Shown here one piece after another: positions 39,901 to 49,145 of a DNA stretch of 63,917 bases; position 1 is the first letter of the stretch; every line of letters starts with the position of its first letter. The stretch is from positions 1 through 63,917 of IMG/VR virus record IMGVR_UViG_3300022929_002740; one strand, given 5' to 3'. The position numbers were made by a program, and so were the translations under genes. Source of the DNA: a virus (lineage: Duplodnaviria > Caudoviricetes). The notes beneath the pieces were generated by a model that was not told the DNA's origin, searched no databases, and worked only from the letters and a program-made list of their open reading frames with translations.

Positions 39901-42900
39901 TTGCTTACCACTAGTCCTCAATCTATTAGATTTACAAAAGGTGAATTAAATGATACGCTTACAGATTTAACAATTGACGTTGATAGTAATAGTCCGTTAC
40001 TTGTAACTGGATCTCCAGGCAACAACTTTACAACAAGAGCGGTAAACACTTATTCGGGCAGTACAGCTGATGAATATCACAGCGACTTTGTAAACAGCGG
40101 GTTACCACTTACAACAGAAACAGACTATCAAGTTATTAATAGACAAGATATGTTATCTCTAGTAGAAAACTCAAATGATACATACGACTTCAGCGGCAAC
40201 TGGAGAGATGTACTACCTTGGGATCCTTATATTAGTTACAAATACAATGACAAAGTACTGTATGAAGGACGTAGCTGGGCGATGCTAGATCCAGATGGTA
40301 GTAGTGGTATTAGTACAGGCAACGATCCAATTGAAGTTATAGGAACAATTACACTTCCTACTGTGCCTGCAAGCGGTGGCACATTGGTGTTAGACAATAC
40401 AACAGTAACACTATCTAAAACTTCTACAACAACAACACTTGGTGTTATTAACATTATTGGAACGCAAGATATTGCCAGCAGTAATGTTGTAACACATGGT
40501 AGTACAGTTGTACTAGGAGAAACAAGTGCGCTAGCTCAAACTATTACATTTAGCAATCCAGTAACAACTACAACTTATAATGATGTTGTTAAAACAGGAA
40601 CTGTGAGTAATCCTAACTTTGTAGGCAGTGCAACCAAAACATTAATCATTGACGGACAAACAGTTACGTTTAATGATACTGTGGCAACCACAACAAATAT
40701 TACTGCCCAAGCAGCATTGGAAAACGGTTTCAATGCAAACAGTTTTAATAATGCAGTAAGTTTAGCTACCAACAGGATCAATGCCTTAGAAGCATTGAGA
40801 ACAGCATACATTAGTGCAAACAGCAGTAGTGCTTGGCAAACATTTATTACAACTTATTTTACAAATAATGCTGGTATAAATTTAAGTCAACTGTTAGTTG
40901 AACACGGGACCAGTCCAAGTTACGTCACACAGCTAGAAAGTTTAATTACAAATGATGTTGCTCTTATCAATGAGCAAACAGGAAACAGTTACGTAGCAAG
41001 TGCAGTAATTAGTGGCAGCACAGTAATACCAAACAGTGATATTGTAGCAACACAAAACGCTGTAGACAATGGTGTATACATCGACGATTTTGCTACATAT
41101 GTTAAAGGTAATCCAAGTGTAACTCTTGCTACAACTACTGTGGTTGCTACACAAAGCGGTACAACTTTTAAAACTTATACTTTGGCAGGAATTGTACAAG
41201 AAATTAATGACGCAGGTATTCCCAACGTTGTTGCAACCAATACAGGTACATTTTTAAGATTGACAAAAACAACCAGTACACCTACTGTAGCATTTGATTT
41301 AACACTCAGTGTAGGAACTGCAAATAACGATGTAGGTTTTAGCACACAAACAGAAACAATTGCTGCAACAAGTAGTACCTCAACTGGCTTCCCTAATTTA
41401 ACACTACAACAAACTGTTGATCAAATTAATGCTGCTGGTATTACAGGTATAACAGCAAGTATCAATGCAAACAACACAAACCTATTACAGATTAACAGCA
41501 ACAGAGCAACACTGTACATAGGTAACGGAACTGCAAACAGTGTAATAGGTGTTACACCAGGCGTTACACCTGCAGGATCTACTACAACCACAAGTAACAT
41601 AAGTCTTGATATTAACGATATTGTTGATAAAATTAATCAAGCTGGCATCAGTGGAGTAAGTGCAAGCAACAGTAACAACAGACTAAAACTGGTTAGTGTT
41701 AACAGTCAGTTTGTGATTGGCGCAGGATCAAGTAACGGTCAAGTGGGATTGGTTGCACAAACATACAACAGTGCAACGGTACAAGTTGGCAATGTGTTTA
41801 ATGCTATTGTAGGCAGTGACAACAATCAAGTGTTTAGAGAAATGACAAATGATCCAAACATTTTTAGTATTCATATTGCAGATGACAGCGTTGAAAGCAA
41901 CTACAATTTAGGATATCAAGTATATCAAACAATGGATCTAAGCATGTATGTTAATTATAGTTGTGCAGGAATTATTGATGCTGACGAAGCTGAAATAACT
42001 GTTGCAAGATACCCTAGTAATTTAACACAAGCACACAATTTGTCTGTTGGCGATTATGTGTTGATCAGAGGTAGTACAACTATTCCTAGCATTGATGGTA
42101 TTCACAGAGTACACAAAGTAGACAGTGACAATGTAACCAAGTTTTATATTGATCAATATATTACACAAGAAGGCAGCGGCGGAAACATTTATCCTCTGCG
42201 TCCTGTGAGATTCAGCACTTTCAATGAACTAGACAGTGTAAAGAACAATCAAGTTAATGGTGTGTACAAATATAACTTTGGTGGTTTCAGACAAAACAAC
42301 ACATCTCAGCCAATATATGCATATGTGGACAATGACGGTACAAACAAAAGTGCAGTTTACAAATGGAGTGGGTTGTGGACCAATGCCAATGGACATTACA
42401 ATGGAGTATTTGAAAAAGTACGCACAGGTAATACACAAGCAAGAAATGATTTAATAGAAAATGTAAAAATATACGATGCACTTAATAGAAGTAGTATTGC
42501 AAATATTGAGACATGGGATCCAGCAAAAGGCATTATATTTGGATTTGTTGACAAGGAAATCGATTATAAATTAGCAAGTGATATTGCCAGCTACAATTAT
42601 AATAGTATCGACGGCGAAGTTGTAAACACTAGTTCATGGACAGAAGAATATGTTGGTGTGCGTTGGTGGGATATAAGCACAGCGATTTATTTAGATTACG
42701 AACAAAGCACAATAGACTATCAACAGATGAACTGGGGTAGACTTGCAACAGGTGCTAGTATTGATATATACGAATGGACACGTAGTCCTGTGCTTCCAGA
42801 ACAATGGCAAGATGCAGTAGATGCAGAAATAGTTATCGATGGTAATGTTGCAAGTGGACAAGCACACTTTACAGTAGTTGATAACGAACGTATATACAAT

Positions 42901-45123
42901 TGGACAGAGCAAGTTTATTACAATCCTAAAACACGTAGAAATGAAACTGTTTACTATTTCTGGGTAAAAAATAAATTAAGTTTCAGTGGTATAAGACAAT
43001 ACAATGTTACACAACTCAGTCAGATACTTGCCAATCCAGAAGCATTTGGATTGAGCTGGGCTGCGGCTAGTGGCAGTAGTCAACTGTTTTTGAGTAATGT
43101 AAGCAACTATGTAACCAAATACAGTGTAGTGCAGATTAACCAGCGTTATCCAGATAGTAACAGTATGCCGTTGAATGAATGGACACTGTTAGCAGAAAAC
43201 GATCCTAACACAACTATTCCAGAATACTTGCACATTAAAATGCGTGATAGTCTAACAGGATTCAACAACTATTCAATTGATAGTACATATACAACTTGGG
43301 GTAGCAGCACAGTATATGCCAAAGATGCAGTTGTTAAAGAAGGTAATGATTACTATATCAGCTTACAGTCTAACAATCAGTCACAACAACCAAGTTTAGA
43401 CACAGATATGAGTCACTGGAGTAAAATTTACGATTACAGTTTTGTAGACGGAACACAAGTAGATGATATACGAATTTGGAGAGGACAACATGTTCCAGAT
43501 TTAGATTTACACGAATACAATCGTTACGGTCATCTTGTGCGTCCAAGACAAAGTTTGTTTAGAGACTTAGTTGAAGCAAGACACAACTTCGTTTATACAG
43601 TAAACGATATGCTGAGTCAAGTAAACGTTGTAGACGAATTGCAAAATTGGGAAGATACATTTGAAACTACATTTAGCAGAGGCGCAGTAACATATGATGT
43701 TAAAGACTATGTAAATTTAACAGACTTTAAACTGATAGAAAAGAATTCAGCAGGCACTGTAACATATAGATTTGATACAAACACTGTTCCTGACTTTGTA
43801 TATGATTCGGATCAAGAATATTTGAATGCAGGCGAACCGCCAGAAGGCAGTTATGTTTTAATCAAACATGACTTGGGTTCAGATTTAGTTGACAGGAAAA
43901 AAATGTATCACTTTGTTGGTGGGACAGATAAACTTGTTTTCAAAGAAAAGTCAACAGTACAACTCAGTGAAGAGATGTGGTTACAAAGTAAGTTTGGACA
44001 CGGGTTTGACAGTATGAGCTATGATCTTATGCCGTTTGACAGTGATAGCAGTATTGTAATAGGACATTTAATGGATCTATTGCGTAAAAATGTTTTTGTA
44101 GGCAGACATCATGTGATGTATAACAAGCTATGGTTTAAGTTATTATACAGTGCAGTATTACAAAACACCACAGACGATTTTGCATTCAAAACAACTTATG
44201 TTAGATTGCGTGTTAATCATCCTCTATTACTCAACAAATCAACTTATCAAAGATTTGGTGTAGATGTTGTTGAAAAATACTTTGACACAATCAAACCTTT
44301 CCATACAAAACTACTAGACTTGGTGGATAGTAACACACATGGTGAAGCTACAAACATCGAGATCGACGAGCAAAGCAGAAATACTGATATTACTATGGTG
44401 TATGGTGATCACACACTTAGAGATTGGGCATGTGATCAAGTGTTGCTAGGCGGCGACTTTACAAGTACACCCACTGGAAATGAGGATATTTCCACATTCA
44501 CTACTCTTGACGCAAACTTAGATTACATATATAATGGAAATCTGTTTGACCAACCTGCGTGTGAAGGATGGGGTGAAGAACTTTACCCAACTGACTTTGT
44601 AGAAAACATTAGTATAGCAGTACAAACAAACGCTAGCGGAAGCACAGAAACCGCAGATACTAGAACTTATAGAATGACGCAATATCAACCAATGGACATA
44701 CACATAAGTAATGTTATTGTTGATGCTAATAAAACTACAACCACTGCAAATGTTTCTGGTACAGATACAATAATTCCAGTAACAAATGCTGCACTGCTTG
44801 ATGATCCAAACACTGTGTTTGGAAAAGGTGAAGTACCATGTGTGGTATATATAGATGGTGAACGTATTGAATACAACGCAATAAGTGGAAACAACTTATT
44901 GTTCTGTATTAGAGGTACATTAGGTACAAGTGCAAAAGCACATAATAGTGGTGCAACTGTAATTAACAGTGGCCCAACAACACGTATACCTACGCTAGAG
45001 AAGTTCTCTGATCACGGAGATAACTTGCGTATGGCATACAATGATAGCGGTGTTAGTCTTAGTGCCGCAGGAATTTCGCCCGAGCATGCATTTATAAGAA
45101 ATGCGGGTCAAGGATCGATATAA
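33907..45123 (+). CDS. Giant 3738-aa baseplate/virion protein (gp7 position)
   Basis: Follows gp6; N-terminal FLPEIFQT and C-terminal KPFHTK; inserted adhesin-like modules. Confidence 0.7.
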   Translation: MSERSPRPIKAPMITRPGESNEHFGTRNISNFLPEIFQTQVNRQFLDTTMEQLLSSGSLQPIRNYIGQQYLKNTVADNYIIDDRSNDTYQFTPGLVNKDSDQNIQGAMPYDDLINAMKFNEVDVNNHNKILNETAYTLDLPINYDMFINYHKYFWLTDILPPCSLSAVLANPIDIDTIIGRTSYTTPTLVNGKTLTLQNGMRIRFTQSQFTEFTQTVPGNTTFTVGAYSNTVKVFKNNLIQTVTTDYTYNTNTGLITFTTAPAVNDVIRVTNFHSYSTSGNYEVDSIYIVDGVGTGIKLTKQYEATRYNHYARHFINTAIYDTQNRNDFVETPTTFSFDPTDTDQYKNTKRDYVVEERWAADHSAWARSNLWIHEDSAQAMCAYQDLTAGDYIVDTFRAVRPIIEYKAGIEKYNFGKNHISYVDHLVEDNIDPATAIVGQTDWDWTISGITTQWSSGSGYEPGDLVYLSVNSNITYYECIAKHTDPKDPSQSQNYNFWKRIVPQALQNNDIVMFLQTTNSVYNNKIFRVSGVGTSIVLTEIYGSGSTAINTNDKVVIINGHNSMKFGTTNELSEPYDGSEWYWNGSAWIYGQQKTARSFGMLAQLYDINNVKLDNTATYPNSNFKGGYIFDYVHNTANPIDAALGFGVDYVDYGNSPGINFSVDLVNKKFKYTQSSPNTEKSLTRSITGYYYYKMLDGTAHNGWVTIRNSQPVKRVVRKTITKETAGQTLKFDLGHNSFDKDKYFVFTKTSDDKLKVSSQKDSSLTNRLNLINGTLPTLFMNTGTTYTFQTQFAQNQIEFVDFDGTALGSGFTRSSGTGDVFTFAIATPSQTAIKYRVVGTTNKEGIIYINTVSDYTNITVYRNRTKISAYSLSGNILSITGASAIDDIYEVEYYTEADYSDTVEGSQLIADTQTHNAQNLDFANISFGDLVEHIRQQMTGIPGFTGDYFGINNYRQLPHVHEFGGTIRQQPYSTELVNQLLMDKDTNPYSSIKFNANQYSIFKKQFKLKAAQLHNTLDITQSVYTLVDRTLEAMFVGKNKSTLFANSNMAMYRDYESADYGWNNPTTPVFDLPESVNTYDDEQNHIQVWLNDDDGAGNTRWRALIKDQDYTLGSNKITVTTNPTFPSGGQAQLHVRWYPRASVSFVPPSAVKLGLCKSYLPELRSDYSKDSTGTATDTVIVGHDGSVHVRNGTELYDRSKAGFDPVDAALWDLECRIYNNIQHTKLDNVKSIKTYTPNAHRANVYTWNKFQDTVKSEFNKWKVANNVTALQSDTYYDASDKWTWNYSDVTPGIGGWRGLYHYFFNTDRPHTHPWEMMGYNRKPSWWDANYSWTDATERANLINALKYGKINNPALDAVYDINYSYNNYDWATNTLVTNAGVLNDPDTAGVVATPTDPARAFEFGDWGPVEAEWRRSAEYKIVEFLALLKARPLIATNNYFAVNERKESTLSSFDNAQLYNGTANQLTSWNSHQLSGNMQTGKIIEAVRVVNGGTGYTSAPTVSVYDNFGQDAQIQTHITGGVVTSASVINPGKNYYNRPTLILSTGAAKLEPILAEDSKRYFIGMQNSVIDFAKSNSTTVEELQTRLENMSFSTVAKAGGFVNSNQKFMLESSQGKGRVFVPEENFNTILFTNSPNTEYFFGGIKIDKTANGYKIAGYDNSKLTFKYYAPVTSSNKISAVISSTEVFRYTDFETAESTLDYNTELSSIQEVYNFIVGYGYYLNTIGFTQQWRSAANDFVTWASSETTIQLKIIPDNTKITVQDSTNGYFDNINNRYDGIYNVNDSNGNQIQTSKLLIDRNILSLDKETTFSVKDSSDEIYGIRLYKTQVEHLIVFDNITNFDDVVYDPAIGQRHNRIVWQGTRTKDWNGRFYSPGFVITDNTIIPNYDTVAKELDQYYGRTANLSNSQISNVAKYNSGYNKPQWADNLDIDDDTLFEFVQGSLKYKGTKYALDAFARNKSLFDADATIDLHEEWAIRIADFGDTRSRDTIEFQLTPDLLTTSPQSIRFTKGELNDTLTDLTIDVDSNSPLLVTGSPGNNFTTRAVNTYSGSTADEYHSDFVNSGLPLTTETDYQVINRQDMLSLVENSNDTYDFSGNWRDVLPWDPYISYKYNDKVLYEGRSWAMLDPDGSSGISTGNDPIEVIGTITLPTVPASGGTLVLDNTTVTLSKTSTTTTLGVINIIGTQDIASSNVVTHGSTVVLGETSALAQTITFSNPVTTTTYNDVVKTGTVSNPNFVGSATKTLIIDGQTVTFNDTVATTTNITAQAALENGFNANSFNNAVSLATNRINALEALRTAYISANSSSAWQTFITTYFTNNAGINLSQLLVEHGTSPSYVTQLESLITNDVALINEQTGNSYVASAVISGSTVIPNSDIVATQNAVDNGVYIDDFATYVKGNPSVTLATTTVVATQSGTTFKTYTLAGIVQEINDAGIPNVVATNTGTFLRLTKTTSTPTVAFDLTLSVGTANNDVGFSTQTETIAATSSTSTGFPNLTLQQTVDQINAAGITGITASINANNTNLLQINSNRATLYIGNGTANSVIGVTPGVTPAGSTTTTSNISLDINDIVDKINQAGISGVSASNSNNRLKLVSVNSQFVIGAGSSNGQVGLVAQTYNSATVQVGNVFNAIVGSDNNQVFREMTNDPNIFSIHIADDSVESNYNLGYQVYQTMDLSMYVNYSCAGIIDADEAEITVARYPSNLTQAHNLSVGDYVLIRGSTTIPSIDGIHRVHKVDSDNVTKFYIDQYITQEGSGGNIYPLRPVRFSTFNELDSVKNNQVNGVYKYNFGGFRQNNTSQPIYAYVDNDGTNKSAVYKWSGLWTNANGHYNGVFEKVRTGNTQARNDLIENVKIYDALNRSSIANIETWDPAKGIIFGFVDKEIDYKLASDIASYNYNSIDGEVVNTSSWTEEYVGVRWWDISTAIYLDYEQSTIDYQQMNWGRLATGASIDIYEWTRSPVLPEQWQDAVDAEIVIDGNVASGQAHFTVVDNERIYNWTEQVYYNPKTRRNETVYYFWVKNKLSFSGIRQYNVTQLSQILANPEAFGLSWAAASGSSQLFLSNVSNYVTKYSVVQINQRYPDSNSMPLNEWTLLAENDPNTTIPEYLHIKMRDSLTGFNNYSIDSTYTTWGSSTVYAKDAVVKEGNDYYISLQSNNQSQQPSLDTDMSHWSKIYDYSFVDGTQVDDIRIWRGQHVPDLDLHEYNRYGHLVRPRQSLFRDLVEARHNFVYTVNDMLSQVNVVDELQNWEDTFETTFSRGAVTYDVKDYVNLTDFKLIEKNSAGTVTYRFDTNTVPDFVYDSDQEYLNAGEPPEGSYVLIKHDLGSDLVDRKKMYHFVGGTDKLVFKEKSTVQLSEEMWLQSKFGHGFDSMSYDLMPFDSDSSIVIGHLMDLLRKNVFVGRHHVMYNKLWFKLLYSAVLQNTTDDFAFKTTYVRLRVNHPLLLNKSTYQRFGVDVVEKYFDTIKPFHTKLLDLVDSNTHGEATNIEIDEQSRNTDITMVYGDHTLRDWACDQVLLGGDFTSTPTGNEDISTFTTLDANLDYIYNGNLFDQPACEGWGEELYPTDFVENISIAVQTNASGSTETADTRTYRMTQYQPMDIHISNVIVDANKTTTTANVSGTDTIIPVTNAALLDDPNTVFGKGEVPCVVYIDGERIEYNAISGNNLLFCIRGTLGTSAKAHNSGATVINSGPTTRIPTLEKFSDHGDNLRMAYNDSGVSLSAAGISPEHAFIRNAGQGSI

Positions 45124-45126
45124 ATA
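45119..45126 (+). promoter_or_regulatory. Late promoter TATAAATA
   Basis: Exact consensus overlapping the giant gene's stop codon, 20 nt before ATG 45146. Confidence 0.65.
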
Positions 45127-45145
45127 TTATAAATTGGAAAAGACT

Positions 45146-45748
45146 ATGAGTTTAGAACAACATATTGAAACACCTTTAATAGGTATTGAAGGACATATTA
45201 AGATTTGGGATCCAGAGTCAGGCGAAGTTCTGGTTCGTAGACGCAACGCTGTGAACTACGAAAACATGAGCATTGCAATTGCAAATCTACTAGCTAGCGA
45301 AGCTGGATCAACAAGCACATACGAAGTAAGCACTATGCGTTTTGGAAATGGCGGGACAAGTATTGATGGTTTAGGTGCAGTTACATATAAAGCAACTAAC
45401 ACAAACAGTAGTACAGGTGCGCTGTATAATCAGACGTTTAGTCAAGCAGTTGATGAATCTGTTACAGGTAGCGCAGACAATAGTGTAGAAGCAAGTCATA
45501 CTAGCCCCAACACATACAGCGATGTAATTGTAACATGCACATTGGATTATGCAACACCTAGTGGACAAGATACATTAGACACAGCAACAAATATGAATGG
45601 TACATATGTATTTGACGAACTAGCACTGTACACAGCCAACAACGATTTGTTGACTCACGTAATTTTTCACCCTGTACAAAAAAGTGCAAACAGAAAAATA
45701 CAAGTTGTTTACACACTAAGAATAAGAAGTTCGTTTGCGGACTTATAA
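45146..45748 (+). CDS. Baseplate/tail-fibre attachment protein
   Basis: FGNGG, FDELALY and HVIFHPVQKS...YTLRI motifs; start revised to ATG 45146. Confidence 0.6.
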   Translation: MSLEQHIETPLIGIEGHIKIWDPESGEVLVRRRNAVNYENMSIAIANLLASEAGSTSTYEVSTMRFGNGGTSIDGLGAVTYKATNTNSSTGALYNQTFSQAVDESVTGSADNSVEASHTSPNTYSDVIVTCTLDYATPSGQDTLDTATNMNGTYVFDELALYTANNDLLTHVIFHPVQKSANRKIQVVYTLRIRSSFADL

Positions 45749-45760
45749 TAGGAAGACGAT

Positions 45761-46678
45761 ATGCCATATACAGTAGATTATAGCGACAGTGCAAAGACAG
45801 CAATCGTAGTAAACGACGGTACAGTTGACACCAGCACTAGTTTAGGACTAATTGGTAAAAACTACACAAACTTCGGTGAACTACTCAACGAGGACTTGTT
45901 GCATCTGCTAGAAAACTTTAGTGATGCTAACGCACCAAGCAACCCCACTGAAGGACAACTTTGGTACGATACAGGTAACAGTAAACTTATGATATATGAC
46001 AACGGTCAATGGTATCAAATTGGTGCGCCTGCAAGTACTACAAGATTTGAATATAGATATAGACAGGATACGCTAGGCACATATCACAACACAATTGAGT
46101 GTTTGGTAGACAATGTTATTGTTTGGATTTGTACAGATGATGCAACAGTATGGACACCACATGCCACTGAATATTTAGAAGATGGGTCAACTGCACTCAC
46201 AACACAGTTTCCAACTATTCAAGCTGGTATCCAAATGAACAACACAACAAACTTTAAGTTTAGAGGTATAGCAACTAGTGCAGAATACGCTGACTTAGCA
46301 GAACGCTATGCAAGTGATCAGACTTATGCACATGGTACAGTTGTACGTCTAGGCGGCACACATGAAATTACACAAACACTACAAGAAGGTGATATTGACG
46401 TATTTGGAATCGTAAGTACACAACCTGGATTTGAAATGAATGCGGCGGCAGGTACAGACGAAACACACCCTTATGTAGCACTAGCTGGGCGTGTACCTTG
46501 TTTGGTAGTAGGTACTGTAGCCAAAGGAGATAGACTGGTAAGTAGTAATATGCCAGGACATGCAAGAAGAGCGCACCCAGCTGAACTTAACGATTATAGA
46601 AGGATCATTGGCAGAGCTCTTGCAAGCAAAGATACTGATGTTGCAGGCACAGTCGAAGTAGTAGTAGGAGCAAAGTAA
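45761..46678 (+). CDS. Fibre/baseplate protein with C-terminal autoproteolytic chaperone-like domain
   Basis: LLENF...P.NP.EGQLWYD; YADLAERY...VALAGRVPC.V.G...KGD.LV...IIGRAL (peptidase G2-like). Confidence 0.65.
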   Translation: MPYTVDYSDSAKTAIVVNDGTVDTSTSLGLIGKNYTNFGELLNEDLLHLLENFSDANAPSNPTEGQLWYDTGNSKLMIYDNGQWYQIGAPASTTRFEYRYRQDTLGTYHNTIECLVDNVIVWICTDDATVWTPHATEYLEDGSTALTTQFPTIQAGIQMNNTTNFKFRGIATSAEYADLAERYASDQTYAHGTVVRLGGTHEITQTLQEGDIDVFGIVSTQPGFEMNAAAGTDETHPYVALAGRVPCLVVGTVAKGDRLVSSNMPGHARRAHPAELNDYRRIIGRALASKDTDVAGTVEVVVGAK

Positions 46679-47827
46679 ATGGTAGTGTCTGTTGGCCAAT
46701 TAGCAGAAGCCTCACACTATAATACGGTAGCAGAAGATGTCAACAAAGTTTTTGGTGACAAGTACAACACTGCGGCTGTAACTGATTCTAATAGAAAAGC
46801 AACCCATAAATTTGGTTGGGGAGCAGTAAACATCGACGATGCTGTTCCAATTGGTGATTTGATAACAGCTCAAAGACTGCAATATCTAGTAGACAGAACC
46901 AATGTAAGTGTAGATCATATCAATGTTACAGACAGTTTGCTTGTGTTTGCTGTTCCCACAGGCAGAGATGATGTTACAGTAAACACACCTATTAGAGCAG
47001 AAGATTTAAACATTGTTGAAAGCAAGTTTAACACAACTATACTTGTAAATGATGCACACACCACAGTAGATCCAACAAACGCAAGTGCGTTGAGTGCAAC
47101 ACCTACAAGTGGCGGCCCACTACAAAGAACCAATAGTTGGCAACATCAACTAACAGGCGAATACTACTGGGACTTTGACAGCTACAATCATTGCAGATAT
47201 TTTTTTAACAGCGGCGGACAACTTCGGGTGAGCTTGTCAATGAGCGGTGGCAGTACAGCAGGTTACTACAACTGGGCAGATGTTATCAATGAGATGGGAA
47301 CACTCAGCTTTACTTGGAACAATGTAATACAAAGTAATAGTATTACAGTTGGCACCAGTGAGAACAAAGGCGTTTATGACCTAACAGAGCTATATGGCGA
47401 CGGTGACGGTGCTACAGATGATCAAGGACTATTGTTTACCAGTAGCGGTGTTACACTTAGTGGAACAGGATATGGTTACGGTTATGGTGCAAGCAGTCCA
47501 TATGGATTTATTACTGGACCAGGTAGTTATCCAGCGTATGCTAACTTTTATGCAAATACTGCTTATACCAGTAGTTACAGTACATATAGCAGTTATCAGA
47601 ACTTAAAATTTAAATTATACGGCAAATACAGCTTGAATGGAAGACGTTTACATTTTAAACTAGTACTAGATGATACTAGTTTTGATCAAGTAATCGACGG
47701 CACAGTTAGTGCAAGCCTCAGTTATCTTATGCCCGACACACTTACAAGAGGATCTGCAACGTTTGATGTAAACCCAGATCCAACAGTTGCTATCTCAGAT
47801 GATTTCAATGGCGTATTTGATTCATAA
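46679..47827 (+). CDS. Virion structural protein
   Basis: Last gene of the late operon; RYFFNSGG motif and a Tyr/Gly/Ser-rich insert. Confidence 0.55.
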   Translation: MVVSVGQLAEASHYNTVAEDVNKVFGDKYNTAAVTDSNRKATHKFGWGAVNIDDAVPIGDLITAQRLQYLVDRTNVSVDHINVTDSLLVFAVPTGRDDVTVNTPIRAEDLNIVESKFNTTILVNDAHTTVDPTNASALSATPTSGGPLQRTNSWQHQLTGEYYWDFDSYNHCRYFFNSGGQLRVSLSMSGGSTAGYYNWADVINEMGTLSFTWNNVIQSNSITVGTSENKGVYDLTELYGDGDGATDDQGLLFTSSGVTLSGTGYGYGYGASSPYGFITGPGSYPAYANFYANTAYTSSYSTYSSYQNLKFKLYGKYSLNGRRLHFKLVLDDTSFDQVIDGTVSASLSYLMPDTLTRGSATFDVNPDPTVAISDDFNGVFDS

Positions 47828-47830
47828 TAC

Positions 47831-47859
47831 TTGACATCTGAGAATAGATAAATTATAAT
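47831..47859 (+). promoter_or_regulatory. Perfect sigma70 promoter
   Basis: TTGACA (47831-47836), 17 nt, TATAAT (47854-47859), followed by an AAGGAG RBS. Confidence 0.88.
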
Positions 47860-47885
47860 ATAGCACATATAAGGAGAAACTCACT

Positions 47886-48233
47886 ATGGATGAGAGACTT
47901 GAACGTGCGTTAGAATTTGCTAACTATCGCATTACTCTGAGCAATCAGAAAAGAAACATTCGAACTCGAATGCAAATCTTACAAACAGTACACTATAACA
48001 AAGGCAGTTTTCTTGCTGATCCTATAACAATTGGACTTGTAAGTGGTTTGCTAACAGCAGGTAAAACTAGTGCTGTTGTAGTAGATACCAAAGAAAATCC
48101 AATTGAAATTGAATATCTTCAAGAATTTTTAGAAACACTAATCGAAAAATACACAGAAGCCAGTAATGAATACAAGGTACAAATTGACAAAGTCAACAAA
48201 GCAAGAAATATTAAAAAACTAATGGATTGGTAG
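47886..48233 (+). CDS. Hypothetical protein
   Basis: Strong RBS; first gene of the operon. Confidence 0.75.
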   Translation: MDERLERALEFANYRITLSNQKRNIRTRMQILQTVHYNKGSFLADPITIGLVSGLLTAGKTSAVVVDTKENPIEIEYLQEFLETLIEKYTEASNEYKVQIDKVNKARNIKKLMDW

Positions 48234-48236
48234 TAA

Positions 48237-49145
48237 ATGGCAGAACCAACTAAAGGTGTTTGCATAATTGCTTACAATAACAATCAGTTAGACTATATTC
48301 AGTTTGCAAGTCTAGCGGCAGCTTATGTAAAAACACATATGAAAAACAACAATGTTACATTATTGACAGATCAAGGAACAAGTGATTGGATGGAAACCAG
48401 TGTTCCTGAAACATTACAAGACGCTTGTTTTGATCAAGTAATAGTACAAGATATTATTCATGAAGACAATCCACGTAAACACATGGACAGTCCGTGGACT
48501 GAGTTTAATGCACAGTTCAGCAACAAGAATAAAAACAATGTAGTAAACATAACTCCATATGATAAGACACTGCTAATAGACAGTGATTATTATATTATGA
48601 ATGACTTTTATGATTATTTGTTTGATAGTGATGTTGGTGTAGGATTACACAGAGATGCAATTTACCTAGAAGGCCAAATGCCTTACTTGAATGAAATACA
48701 GTTGAATGAAGGCGGCATACATCATTGGTGGAGTACCGCTGTGTACTTTGACAAGAACAATTATGAATCGCAGATCTTTTTTGATATATGGGCGCACGTA
48801 AAAGAGAATTGGGATTATTATGCACTGTTGTATCAGTTCCCTCCAGCACTATTTAGAACTGACTTTTGTGTAAGCATTGCATGTCATATGATGAACGGAT
48901 TCAATAACGGAAGTTTTGTACATGACTTTGGTGGAGTACCTCTACTAAACATGGATCAAAAAGATGACATTGTTGAAGTTAAGTCCGTTGACGATTGGAT
49001 CATGCTTAGTCATGATAGAAAAGAGCCTTGGAAAAACATATTAACAAGGCTACAAAAGCAAAATATTCATGCTATGAACAAACGTGCAGTTAGCCGCAAC
49101 AGTGAAGACATGTGGAAACACATAGGAAAGGTACTGAATGTCTAG
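48237..49145 (+). CDS. GT-A fold glycosyltransferase-like protein
   Basis: TPYDKTLLIDSD (DxD motif), GT8/mannosyltransferase-like. Confidence 0.65.
   Translation: MAEPTKGVCIIAYNNNQLDYIQFASLAAAYVKTHMKNNNVTLLTDQGTSDWMETSVPETLQDACFDQVIVQDIIHEDNPRKHMDSPWTEFNAQFSNKNKNNVVNITPYDKTLLIDSDYYIMNDFYDYLFDSDVGVGLHRDAIYLEGQMPYLNEIQLNEGGIHHWWSTAVYFDKNNYESQIFFDIWAHVKENWDYYALLYQFPPALFRTDFCVSIACHMMNGFNNGSFVHDFGGVPLLNMDQKDDIVEVKSVDDWIMLSHDRKEPWKNILTRLQKQNIHAMNKRAVSRNSEDMWKHIGKVLNV

Noticed and set aside
45101-45145. Longer N-terminus given by the ORF track (also at 51872, 54056, 55770, 60584, 62140, 12829, 18373)
   Set aside because: Downstream starts coupled to the previous stop codon or promoter are more plausible.
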